Below are positions 56,601 through 64,000 of a stretch of 64,000 bases of DNA, piece by piece (the stretch's first letter is position 1; the number at the start of each line of letters is the position of its first letter). The notes below the pieces were generated by a model, which saw only the letters and a program-made list of their open reading frames with translations, did not search any database and was not told the DNA's origin. A program made the position numbers and the translations under genes. The stretch comes from a virus, in the IMG/VR virus record IMGVR_UViG_3300042868_003730, positions 32,001-96,000 of that record; one strand, written 5' to 3'.

Positions 56601-59600
56601 GAGTAGAATGGAATAATTGGCAAACTACCGTAAAGGGAGTTTCCCAAACTCCAACGTCAACTAGTAGTACTGCAACTAGCACATCTCTAAAGGGATCACA
56701 GGCTATTCAGTCAACATCAACTACCGCTACTACTTCATTGACAACTACTGTCAATGAGACATCTACGCGTACTGGTATTGAAGTAGAAAGATCTGCGATC
56801 TCAACTGTTACTAGAGATCTTGGAAATAAAGTCGTAGATACTTCTATCGTTCCGTTTATTAGATCTAGAGTTATTGACTTTTCCGCGTCTAGACTAAAAC
56901 CATCAACTCAACTATTTGCCTCATTCGATAGCGTTGATGTTACTACTTATTGCACACAGGCTCCAGTAATTTATCTGACTACGGTTGCTAATGCAAAACG
57001 TGTTCGCAAAATTGGAGCATCTAATGCTGCTAATGTGATTCTGTTAAAGACAGACAGAGCATACATTAAGATGGATGATGGGCAAACATTATTCGCAGTT
57101 GGCGATGTTGTTGAATGGTTAGTAAACAATGCCTGGGTCACTGGTACGACTATTACTGATGTAGCTGCTCCAGTCGATGATTCATTGATTACTGATGAGA
57201 ATGGTGATCTGGCTGGATATTTCCTAATTCCTAATAATTCAGAAACTAAATTCCGAACTGGTGAGCGACCATTTAGATTAGCAGACACTCTCGGTAAACA
57301 ACCACTCACTGCAGCAGAAACAAAGTATGTTGCACAGGGATTGTCAATGTCTGTGCAAAGAGACATTGTAGCAACTAGAGTTGTTACTGTTGCTGTTAAT
57401 CCCGTTCAACAATCAAATACTTCAACTTCTTCATCAACATCAACATCTACTGAAGTCGCAACAGTTACTAAAGATGTAACTGTCCTCTGCGGAGAAACTG
57501 CGAATGGAGCAGGAAGAACTGGTAAATTTACTTATGATCTAGAGTTCGGAACTGACATTGGAGCATGTGGTATTAACTATGCCACTGGACCAATTCCAGA
57601 CTGCTATACTATTATCTGGAATGGAAAAACAATAACTAGTGGTTTCCGTAGTCAGGGAAACAAAACGGAATATAATAGAACTCTTAATTCATTAGGATAT
57701 CCTTCAGTAAATAGCGTTATTGATGCAAATAATCCTGCGTATGGACAATTACGATTCCAGAAAACATCTATCTACCCAACCAAGGCAAAACTAATTGTTG
57801 ATGCTCCTCTTTCTGGCACTGGTTGGACCTGGAAATCAATTTGTCCAGGTAAGACTAATAACCTAGTAGCAGAAACTACTGCTCGTCTAGATGCATTCAT
57901 TGATGTTCCTTCTACGACAATAACGTCATTTAGGTCAGTTGGTGGCTCTCCTGCAGTTCCTGCTGCTTCTTTCGGTCTATTTAACATTCCAGCAAGACCA
58001 GCAGTAGATCCAACTATCTCTACTACAGATACTGGAGTTCGATATAACTTCGCATTGAAGATCAACGGAAATCAGGGCGTTGCTGTTGGTACTCCAGTAA
58101 TAATCACATCACTGTCTAGGTCAGAAACTACTAATGGTCGTTTCACTTCGTTCGCAACTGGAACTCGATTCTTGGTAAATGGCGCACCAATGACATTCCC
58201 TTACACGGTCAATGTCGGTGTTCCTCTTACAATTACAGCGATTTATGACTTCACAAATGACTCAAAAACAAAGGGTCTTAATTTATCCGGAAGTCTGAAC
58301 AATCCTATTTCTAGGATCACAGTTAATGCTGAATTAGTAACAGCAATTGCTGGTTCTGTTTGCGCTACTACTGCAGCAGATTCAGTTACTCATACATCTT
58401 CTTATGAGCGTTGGGACCGTAGTACTTGCAAAAATGACCCACTAGCTCAGACATTCTATGTGTCTTCAGAAGAAAATCCAGATGGTATTTTCGTTGACAG
58501 TGTTGATTTGTTCTTCAAGTCAAAGGATGCATCAGGAACAGTACCAGCAGTAGTGCAGATTCGCCCAACAGTTAATGGCTATCCATCTTCAGATACTGTT
58601 CTGCCTTTCGCAAGTGGTTCTGTTATGTCAAAGGACATTGTTGTCTCAGCTGAGAATAGTTCGAGCAAAGCAGCAACCAGGTTTAATTTCCAGGCTCCGG
58701 TCTTCTTAGCACCAGATACTCAATATGCTTTGGTTGTTCTTGCCAACACTGACAAATTTGAAGTTTATACTTCAAGAATCGGTGAGTTCTTGTTGTCTAA
58801 TCCTTCTGTTCGATGCACGAAACAACCTCTGGCTGGATCATTGTTCTTGTCACAAGATGGAATGACTTGGTCAGCTGTGCAGACTGATGATCTGGTATTC
58901 AGAATGAGTAAGTGCGTGTTTGATACAAATGTCGAGAGACCAGTTGTTCTTAATGTAAGTATTCCTGCAGAAAAGAAAACCAGTCAAGATTTTAACTATG
59001 ATGTTCTGTTTCTTGACGGAGAAGTTCTTGATTTTGCTAATACGAATGTTAACTATTTTTATAAAACAGCAGAGCTATCTGGTAGTTCTGTAGTTTATAC
59101 AAAAGACTCTTCTTGGAATTCATATCAATTAGGAAGTAACGTAATTCTCCCAGCAAGAAAGACTCTTGATATTCAAGATCCAACTACTCTGCGCATTAAG
59201 TGCGATATGCGGACTAATAATAAAGATATTAGCCCTGTTATTGACTTGGATAGATTGTCTACAGTTCTTGTTCAGAATATCATCAATAATAATTCTAACA
59301 GTGAGACAGCAACAACTACAGCTACCATCTCTTCAGTTGCTGCGACTACTAATACAGTAACTATCACGGCTTCTGCTGCTCATGGATTATCTGTTGGCGA
59401 TACTGTTTACGTGTACGCCAATACTTCTACTGTAGTTAATGGATTCGTGACTGTTGCTTCTATTGGTACGACAACAGTAACGAATGACAATTTCACTTAT
59501 GTGAGATTTGATGGAGGAACAACGATTTCTAGCACAAACCAGGCAGGAACTGTAACTAGAAACCCACAGGCACTCTCAAGATATATTACGCGTAAAGTTA

Positions 59601-59944
59601 CTCTGAATTCAGATTTTTATTCAACTGATATTAAGGCATATTTCCTCGCTGATATTCCTGCTGAGTGTTCAGTTATTCCGTATTATAGAGTAGCTAGTTT
59701 GACTGACAATATTCTAGAAGATAATGACTGGATCCCGATGACTCTTGATACAGTTGGTTCTGCCAATTCTTCTGGCTTCGCTGAATATAAATACAAAGCA
59801 CCGTATGTTGTATCTTCGAATACAGTAGCTCTTTCTACTGGTGAGACATTTGGAACCTTCAGTGTTAAATTAGTTATGTTGTCAAGTAATACTGTTAAAG
59901 TTCCGAAAATCAAAGACCTACGAGTATTGGCTCTAGATGACTAA
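53672..59944 (+). CDS. large virion structural protein (VrlC/DUF4815-like)
   Basis: PYFDDFD...LFKPG..VQARELTQLQ, APGADR, ARRTYDESGDY, RRYTMRDIG, DPLAQTF. Confidence 0.8.
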   Translation: MTTYNRDPYFDDFDKTKNFVKILFKPGVSVQARELTQLQTAIQEQIKSIGGFLFKNESLVTGGNSRTFSAIWIDVASTDLSDYVTKTFVGASSRAKAQVISYKNNVSSGVSRLYFVYKNGYRFQKSESLSEDVLSPSVAPVVTTNSDTNTGSAMAYTISESVFFVKDYFVVCSEQTIIISENATPSVKIGLTVTEDIVTYQDDATLLDPATGSYNYAAPGADRVAISLDLVTHALDPLADTDAEFMIENTEDNFIELARYKDGVLIKSLTSPTLGALEGVLARRTYDESGDYTVRAFKTKVTDNVKKDSSKLSLAIEPGKAYVKGYEFETTSTLFLDLEKARDTNFINNFYGEAAFGDYFIIEHPTGALIDYTANPEINLVNSSVAVIGTARVRYVSRHSANRLKLYVYNVKFTTSSISAVTTVKNGSWTANVDGAANANKLYRGKNLQYIVPFTRSPIKSVTDISYTSQVAVSNIATATTLSSPTSLSAGKTYSSSNPDDYIVVKSDGSVATGFTVTTSGGQTFILTGTFTNAATYSVYAKIAVSTPTVKSKVKTAATVTATNSNGNISLGVADVYRIVSIYASSTDGSLTLDITGRYKLNRGQKDTHYDYSTLVLTTGQQAANLTTYPRLVITLEYFVSAQTNGYFTIDSYNTTTTDTSLLVPYEKIPSFTGSNGAVVSLRDVIDFRSVRANVSGFPGSLGTPIPSSDNTSIVGNEFITPSSNITSDFEYYLPRVDKLIITKEKKFDLIQGNSSEIPQIPSDISDAMTIYTVEIPAYTFSAAEVKLNYIENRRYTMRDIGKIDKRVDRLEYYTSMSLLEKQASDEVIVNATGIDKFKNGILVDPFAGHGVGDVGSADYSCSIDVANRTLRPRFASDSFTFDVNLSETSGANYSRKDDLITLPYSTEFYVSNNQATNWQNLNPYAVFSWDGEIKLMPATDTWTDTTTRPDVVININGDKDAFTIMADDVANPASVGVEWNNWQTTVKGVSQTPTSTSSTATSTSLKGSQAIQSTSTTATTSLTTTVNETSTRTGIEVERSAISTVTRDLGNKVVDTSIVPFIRSRVIDFSASRLKPSTQLFASFDSVDVTTYCTQAPVIYLTTVANAKRVRKIGASNAANVILLKTDRAYIKMDDGQTLFAVGDVVEWLVNNAWVTGTTITDVAAPVDDSLITDENGDLAGYFLIPNNSETKFRTGERPFRLADTLGKQPLTAAETKYVAQGLSMSVQRDIVATRVVTVAVNPVQQSNTSTSSSTSTSTEVATVTKDVTVLCGETANGAGRTGKFTYDLEFGTDIGACGINYATGPIPDCYTIIWNGKTITSGFRSQGNKTEYNRTLNSLGYPSVNSVIDANNPAYGQLRFQKTSIYPTKAKLIVDAPLSGTGWTWKSICPGKTNNLVAETTARLDAFIDVPSTTITSFRSVGGSPAVPAASFGLFNIPARPAVDPTISTTDTGVRYNFALKINGNQGVAVGTPVIITSLSRSETTNGRFTSFATGTRFLVNGAPMTFPYTVNVGVPLTITAIYDFTNDSKTKGLNLSGSLNNPISRITVNAELVTAIAGSVCATTAADSVTHTSSYERWDRSTCKNDPLAQTFYVSSEENPDGIFVDSVDLFFKSKDASGTVPAVVQIRPTVNGYPSSDTVLPFASGSVMSKDIVVSAENSSSKAATRFNFQAPVFLAPDTQYALVVLANTDKFEVYTSRIGEFLLSNPSVRCTKQPLAGSLFLSQDGMTWSAVQTDDLVFRMSKCVFDTNVERPVVLNVSIPAEKKTSQDFNYDVLFLDGEVLDFANTNVNYFYKTAELSGSSVVYTKDSSWNSYQLGSNVILPARKTLDIQDPTTLRIKCDMRTNNKDISPVIDLDRLSTVLVQNIINNNSNSETATTTATISSVAATTNTVTITASAAHGLSVGDTVYVYANTSTVVNGFVTVASIGTTTVTNDNFTYVRFDGGTTISSTNQAGTVTRNPQALSRYITRKVTLNSDFYSTDIKAYFLADIPAECSVIPYYRVASLTDNILEDNDWIPMTLDTVGSANSSGFAEYKYKAPYVVSSNTVALSTGETFGTFSVKLVMLSSNTVKVPKIKDLRVLALDD

Positions 59945-60176
59945 TAATTATTTGAAAGTAATCGATGCTCCGGGTCTTTTACGAGACCCGTACTCGAAGG
60001 CTCTTGTAAACACAGACCTCTCTGCTCTTAATGAACATAAAAAGAAAAAGAGAGCGATGAATGCTATTCTAAATAATAGCAGAGAATTAGAAGCAAGAGT
60101 GGACGAATTATCTTCTAAGATGGATAACATCGAAATAATGTTAACAAAATTGTTAGAGAAACAATCAAATGGCTAA
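59937..60176 (+). CDS. small coiled-coil protein
   Basis: L.RD..SKALVNTD followed by coiled coil. Confidence 0.65.
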   Translation: MTNNYLKVIDAPGLLRDPYSKALVNTDLSALNEHKKKKRAMNAILNNSRELEARVDELSSKMDNIEIMLTKLLEKQSNG

Positions 60177-63100
60177 TTTAGTTTATCGTAAAAGTTCAAC
60201 TCCTGCAGCGAATGTAAGTACTACATTCAAGGGTTCACCATTAACGAATGATGAACTAGATAATAATCTATTTGGTATTAATGCTGAAGTTCAATTAAAA
60301 GCACCAATCAATAATGCTGTTTTCACTGGAACGACAACGATCCCAAGTATTACTGCCACTGGCGGTACAATAAACAATATCACAATTGGCGCAAGCGGTG
60401 CTTCTACTGGTGCGTTCACCACATTAACAACTACAGGTGATGTTAACGTTGATGGTGGTGACATTACAACGGCAGCAACGACATTCAATTTACTTAACGC
60501 AACTGCTACTACAGTGAACTTTGCTGGGGCAGGTACTGCGGTTACTATCGGTGCTACGACTGGAACTGCCACAATCCGTAATGCAACTCTAGCAGTAACT
60601 AATGCAGCCACAGTAGGAACTACATTAGGCGTTACAGGTAACGTAACAATCGGAGCATCCAAATTTGTTGTTACCGCAGCAACTGGTAATACTGCTATTG
60701 CTGGCGATGTTGCCGTCGATACCAATAAGTTTACAGTCGCTGCAGCGACTGGTAATACTGCTGTGTTGGGTACATTTAGTTCCGGTGGACTTTCTACCCT
60801 TAATTCTTTAACAGTAACTAACGCATCTACACTATCTGGCGGACTTAGTACAACTACTGGCTCATTTAGCGGTCAAGTTACATCAACAGTGGCAATCGGA
60901 ACTGCTCCATTTGTTGTAACGTCAACAACTAAGGTCACTAACTTAAATGCAGACAGAGTCGATGACTTTACAGCAGACCAAGCAAATACTGCATCTGCTA
61001 TTGTCGTGAGAGATGCGTCAAAGAATATAAACATTAGTAATGCAGTAATGTCCGGATCGACTTCTGGGACTACTACTTTACAACCAACAGCTATCTCTGG
61101 AACTAGTGTTCTGACTCTTCCAGCTGCGACTGACACTCTGGTTGGAAAAGCAACAACTGATACGTTGACAAATAAATCATTCAGCCTCGCGAGCAATACA
61201 TTAACTGGAACTCTGGCTCTGTTTAATACTGCTCTCACAGATGCTGATTTTGTTTCTATTGCTGGCGCAGAGACACTGACAAGTAAGACTTTAACTAGTC
61301 CAGTAATAAACACTGCCACTATCTCTGGTGGTACAATCAATAACACAATAATTGGCGGAACAACTAGAGCAGCTGGTTCGTTCACTACATTAAATGCGAA
61401 TAGTACTCTTGATGTTACTGGAGCAACTACTCTCTCCAGCACATTGGCAGTTAATGGTGCAAGTTTAACGACTACTGCAACTACGTTTAATTTAATCAAC
61501 GCAACAGCGACAACATTAAATCTCGGAGGAGCGGCGACAACAATCACTGTTGGTGCGGTAACAGGAACAACGACTGTAAGAAATAATGCCTCTATTACCG
61601 GAACTCTTGGTGTAACAGGAACATCTACTCTTGCTGCTGTAACAGCAACTACTGGATCATTTAGCGGTCAAGTTACATCAACAGTGGCAATCGGAACTGC
61701 TCCATTCGTAGTAACATCAACTACCAGAGTGACGAATCTGAACGCAGATAGAGTTGATGACTTTACAGCAGACCAAGCAAATACTGCATCTACAATAGTA
61801 GTTAGAGATGCATCTAAGAATATAAACATCAATAACGCAGTAATGTCTGGTTCAACTTCTGGAACGACGACATTACAACCAACAGCTATCTCTGGTACTA
61901 GTGTTCTGACTCTTCCGGCAGCAACAGATACTCTTGTTGGTAAAGCAACAACTGACGTATTAACTAATAAGACAGTCAATCTAACAAGCAATACATTAAC
62001 TGGAACTCTGGCTCAGTTTAATACTGCGCTAAGTGATGCCGATTTCGCCACTACTTCTGGTGCTGATACGCTGACGAATAAGACACTCAATCTGGCGAGT
62101 AATACATTATTAGGAACTCTGGCTCAGTTTAATACTGCGCTAAGTGATGCTGATTTTGTTTCTATTGCTGGAATCGAAACAATAACCAGTAAAACATTAA
62201 CTAGTCCAGTAATAAACACCGCTACTATCTCTGGTGGTACAATCAATAATGCAATCATTGGCGGAACAACTAGAGCAGCTGGTTCGTTTACTACATTAAA
62301 TGCGAATAGTACTCTTGATGTTACTGGTGTGACAACTCTTTCTAGTCTTGTTGTTGGTACTTCTGCAACAATCGGAACTACTCTAGCAGTCACTGGTGAT
62401 GTTTCTGTTAATACTAACAAGTTTAATGTAACTGCATTAAGTGGTAATACTGCAATCGCAGGTACATTAGGTGTTGCTGGTAATGTTGCTGTTGCTACAA
62501 ATAAGTTTACTATCGCAGCAGGATCTGGTGATACTGTGGTTGCTGGAACATTAAATGTTTCCGGAACATCTACTCTTGCTGGTGTGAACGCAGGCGCATT
62601 GAGTGCTAGTTCGTTAACATCCTCCGCTGGTGTGCAAGGAACAACTCTTACGTCTACTGTTGCTATTGGTACTGCACCACTCACAGTAACATCAACTACT
62701 AGAGTAACGAATCTAAATGCAGATACTGTTGATGGAATGAATTTTGCTACAGTTAATGTCGGTGGAGTTCTGAACACTGATCAGCGAGGTGGTGTTGCGT
62801 ATGCATCTGATGCATCTAATATTACATATGTCGCGCCAGGAACATCTGGATATTTACTGCAATCAAATGGATTAAATTCTGCTCCTACCTGGGTAGCAGC
62901 AAATGCACTAACTGCTGGTAATTCTTCTACAGCAGCAAATGTTTTGGGTGGCGCAGCTGGATCAATATTATATCAGAGCGCAGTAGATAATACTGCAAAA
63001 TTAACGATTGGTTCGACAGGACAAATCCTTACAGCTGGTGCTACGTTACCAGAATGGTCAAGCAGCATATCAGTATCAGGAACTTTGACTCATGGTGGTT

Positions 63101-63489
63101 TGACGCCATCTGCTGGCACGAACATTGACCAATTATACACAGCTACTGATGCAACATTAGTTGTTACCACTTCTTGGGTTAGTACCAGTGTTAATTTCGC
63201 AGAGCTCGCGACTGGTTCATATATGGTCCAAGTAAATACAGGAACAGAGTATTATACTGGTATTATGAGTTGGTATGGCGCTGATATCAATTCTGTGGTA
63301 ACGGACGAAATTATTCTACACAGAGCATCATCTGGTGCTGAAACTAGTAATCTGTTCCTTAAAGTTGAAAGAACAGATACTGACTTAGATCCAGCTGGTG
63401 CTGCTTCTCCAAATATGACACTACAAATTAGTTCATCTGTCGCAAGAGCATCAGCCAGTTACACTTATAAATTCCGCAGAATGATCTAA
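60169..63489 (+). CDS. tail fibre protein
   Basis: KGSPLTNDELDNN N-terminus, Thr-rich repeats, VTNLNAD and TLTNKT motifs. Confidence 0.8.
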   Translation: MANLVYRKSSTPAANVSTTFKGSPLTNDELDNNLFGINAEVQLKAPINNAVFTGTTTIPSITATGGTINNITIGASGASTGAFTTLTTTGDVNVDGGDITTAATTFNLLNATATTVNFAGAGTAVTIGATTGTATIRNATLAVTNAATVGTTLGVTGNVTIGASKFVVTAATGNTAIAGDVAVDTNKFTVAAATGNTAVLGTFSSGGLSTLNSLTVTNASTLSGGLSTTTGSFSGQVTSTVAIGTAPFVVTSTTKVTNLNADRVDDFTADQANTASAIVVRDASKNINISNAVMSGSTSGTTTLQPTAISGTSVLTLPAATDTLVGKATTDTLTNKSFSLASNTLTGTLALFNTALTDADFVSIAGAETLTSKTLTSPVINTATISGGTINNTIIGGTTRAAGSFTTLNANSTLDVTGATTLSSTLAVNGASLTTTATTFNLINATATTLNLGGAATTITVGAVTGTTTVRNNASITGTLGVTGTSTLAAVTATTGSFSGQVTSTVAIGTAPFVVTSTTRVTNLNADRVDDFTADQANTASTIVVRDASKNININNAVMSGSTSGTTTLQPTAISGTSVLTLPAATDTLVGKATTDVLTNKTVNLTSNTLTGTLAQFNTALSDADFATTSGADTLTNKTLNLASNTLLGTLAQFNTALSDADFVSIAGIETITSKTLTSPVINTATISGGTINNAIIGGTTRAAGSFTTLNANSTLDVTGVTTLSSLVVGTSATIGTTLAVTGDVSVNTNKFNVTALSGNTAIAGTLGVAGNVAVATNKFTIAAGSGDTVVAGTLNVSGTSTLAGVNAGALSASSLTSSAGVQGTTLTSTVAIGTAPLTVTSTTRVTNLNADTVDGMNFATVNVGGVLNTDQRGGVAYASDASNITYVAPGTSGYLLQSNGLNSAPTWVAANALTAGNSSTAANVLGGAAGSILYQSAVDNTAKLTIGSTGQILTAGATLPEWSSSISVSGTLTHGGLTPSAGTNIDQLYTATDATLVVTTSWVSTSVNFAELATGSYMVQVNTGTEYYTGIMSWYGADINSVVTDEIILHRASSGAETSNLFLKVERTDTDLDPAGAASPNMTLQISSSVARASASYTYKFRRMI
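60850..62330 (+). repeat. large internal duplication in the tail fibre gene
   Basis: TTGSFSGQVTST...KATTD.LTNK block repeated 795 nt apart. Confidence 0.85.
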
Positions 63490-63539
63490 CCTCTAAATAA
63501 TAAACAACTACCTCTGATTCATAAAGAAGGGACGAGGAA

Positions 63540-64000
63540 ATGACATTCAAAATCAAAGATGGTCTTTCTCTTGGCGCGAACACAGTAATTGACGCCACTG
63601 GAAACATAACTGTCCCTGGAAAGACTACCCTAAGTAATACAACAGCTACTGCAGCTAGTCTAAATTTAGGAACAGGAACGGCGGATCCTTCCTCACCAGT
63701 TGCTGGTGATTTTTGGAATAATACTGGTGTTCTAAAGATTCGTCAGGCATCTGCCACTAAGACTATCGCATTCCTCGATAGCAATATTACTGGAACAGCA
63801 GCGAACGTATCTACTGGCACAGTAGCTATTGCTAATGGCGGAACAAATACCACAACCACACCAACCGCTGGTGCAGTTGCAGTGGGAAATGGAACTGCGT
63901 ATGCATTTACTGCAGTTGGAACTGCGGGACAAGTCTTAACATCAGCAGCAGGTTCTACACCAACTTGGACTAACTCGACTAGCGCAAACACATTTTCGGC
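63540..64000 (+). CDS. tail fibre protein (partial, runs off window)
   Basis: GAGG SD, late promoter at 63493; MTFKIKDGLSLGANTVIDATG...VAIANGGT...GTAGQVLTS. Confidence 0.7.
   Translation, partial: MTFKIKDGLSLGANTVIDATGNITVPGKTTLSNTTATAASLNLGTGTADPSSPVAGDFWNNTGVLKIRQASATKTIAFLDSNITGTAANVSTGTVAIANGGTNTTTTPTAGAVAVGNGTAYAFTAVGTAGQVLTSAAGSTPTWTNSTSANTFS

Noticed and set aside
60291-62777. Long minus-strand ORFs opposite fibre and baseplate genes (also 15882-16478, 52182-52652, 8050-8508)
   Set aside because: Antisense shadows of Thr/Gly/Ala-rich genes; no RBS or recognisable motifs
1-64000. CRISPR array, tRNA genes, integrase/transposase, DGR or retron reverse transcriptase
   Set aside because: No repeat-spacer array, cloverleaf or RT/recombinase motifs seen by eye; the intergenic spaces are very short. 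A tRNAscan/Infernal run would be needed for certainty
1-64000. Stop-codon reassignment
   Set aside because: Core genes are full length in the standard code, and TAA, TAG and TGA all serve as stops

Overview
64 kb of an AT-rich T4-like (Tevenvirinae-type) myovirus genome. The spanin pair points to a Gram-negative host. In order, the window holds: small early genes; SleB hydrolase and ClpP; a late block of putative head-internal and virion proteins (ligase-like protein, HxGH nucleotidyltransferase, Dps, kinase, 952-aa repeat protein); spanins; primase; NrdAB; a GIY-YIG nuclease; a six-gene DNA-base hypermodification operon (TET/JBP dioxygenase, class II glutamine amidotransferase, amidoligase, GNAT, aGPT-PPlase2 amino acid:DNA transferase, P-loop kinase); gp33/gp59/gp32; an inverted block (tape measure, gp51, gp26, gp16, holin, gp54, gp2, gp4); then baseplate and tail fibre genes (gp48, 53, hub, 5, PAAR, 25, 6, 7, 8, VrlC-like, fibres). 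Best candidates for new biology: (1) a TET-initiated thymine hypermodification pathway with amidation and acetylation tailoring, three of whose enzymes end in sliding-clamp-like motifs; (2) an unannotated -1 frameshift joining gp26 to gp51 just upstream of the tape measure gene; (3) several enzymes with capsid-targeting-like N-termini. All family calls come from motif recognition by eye; no database search was run.
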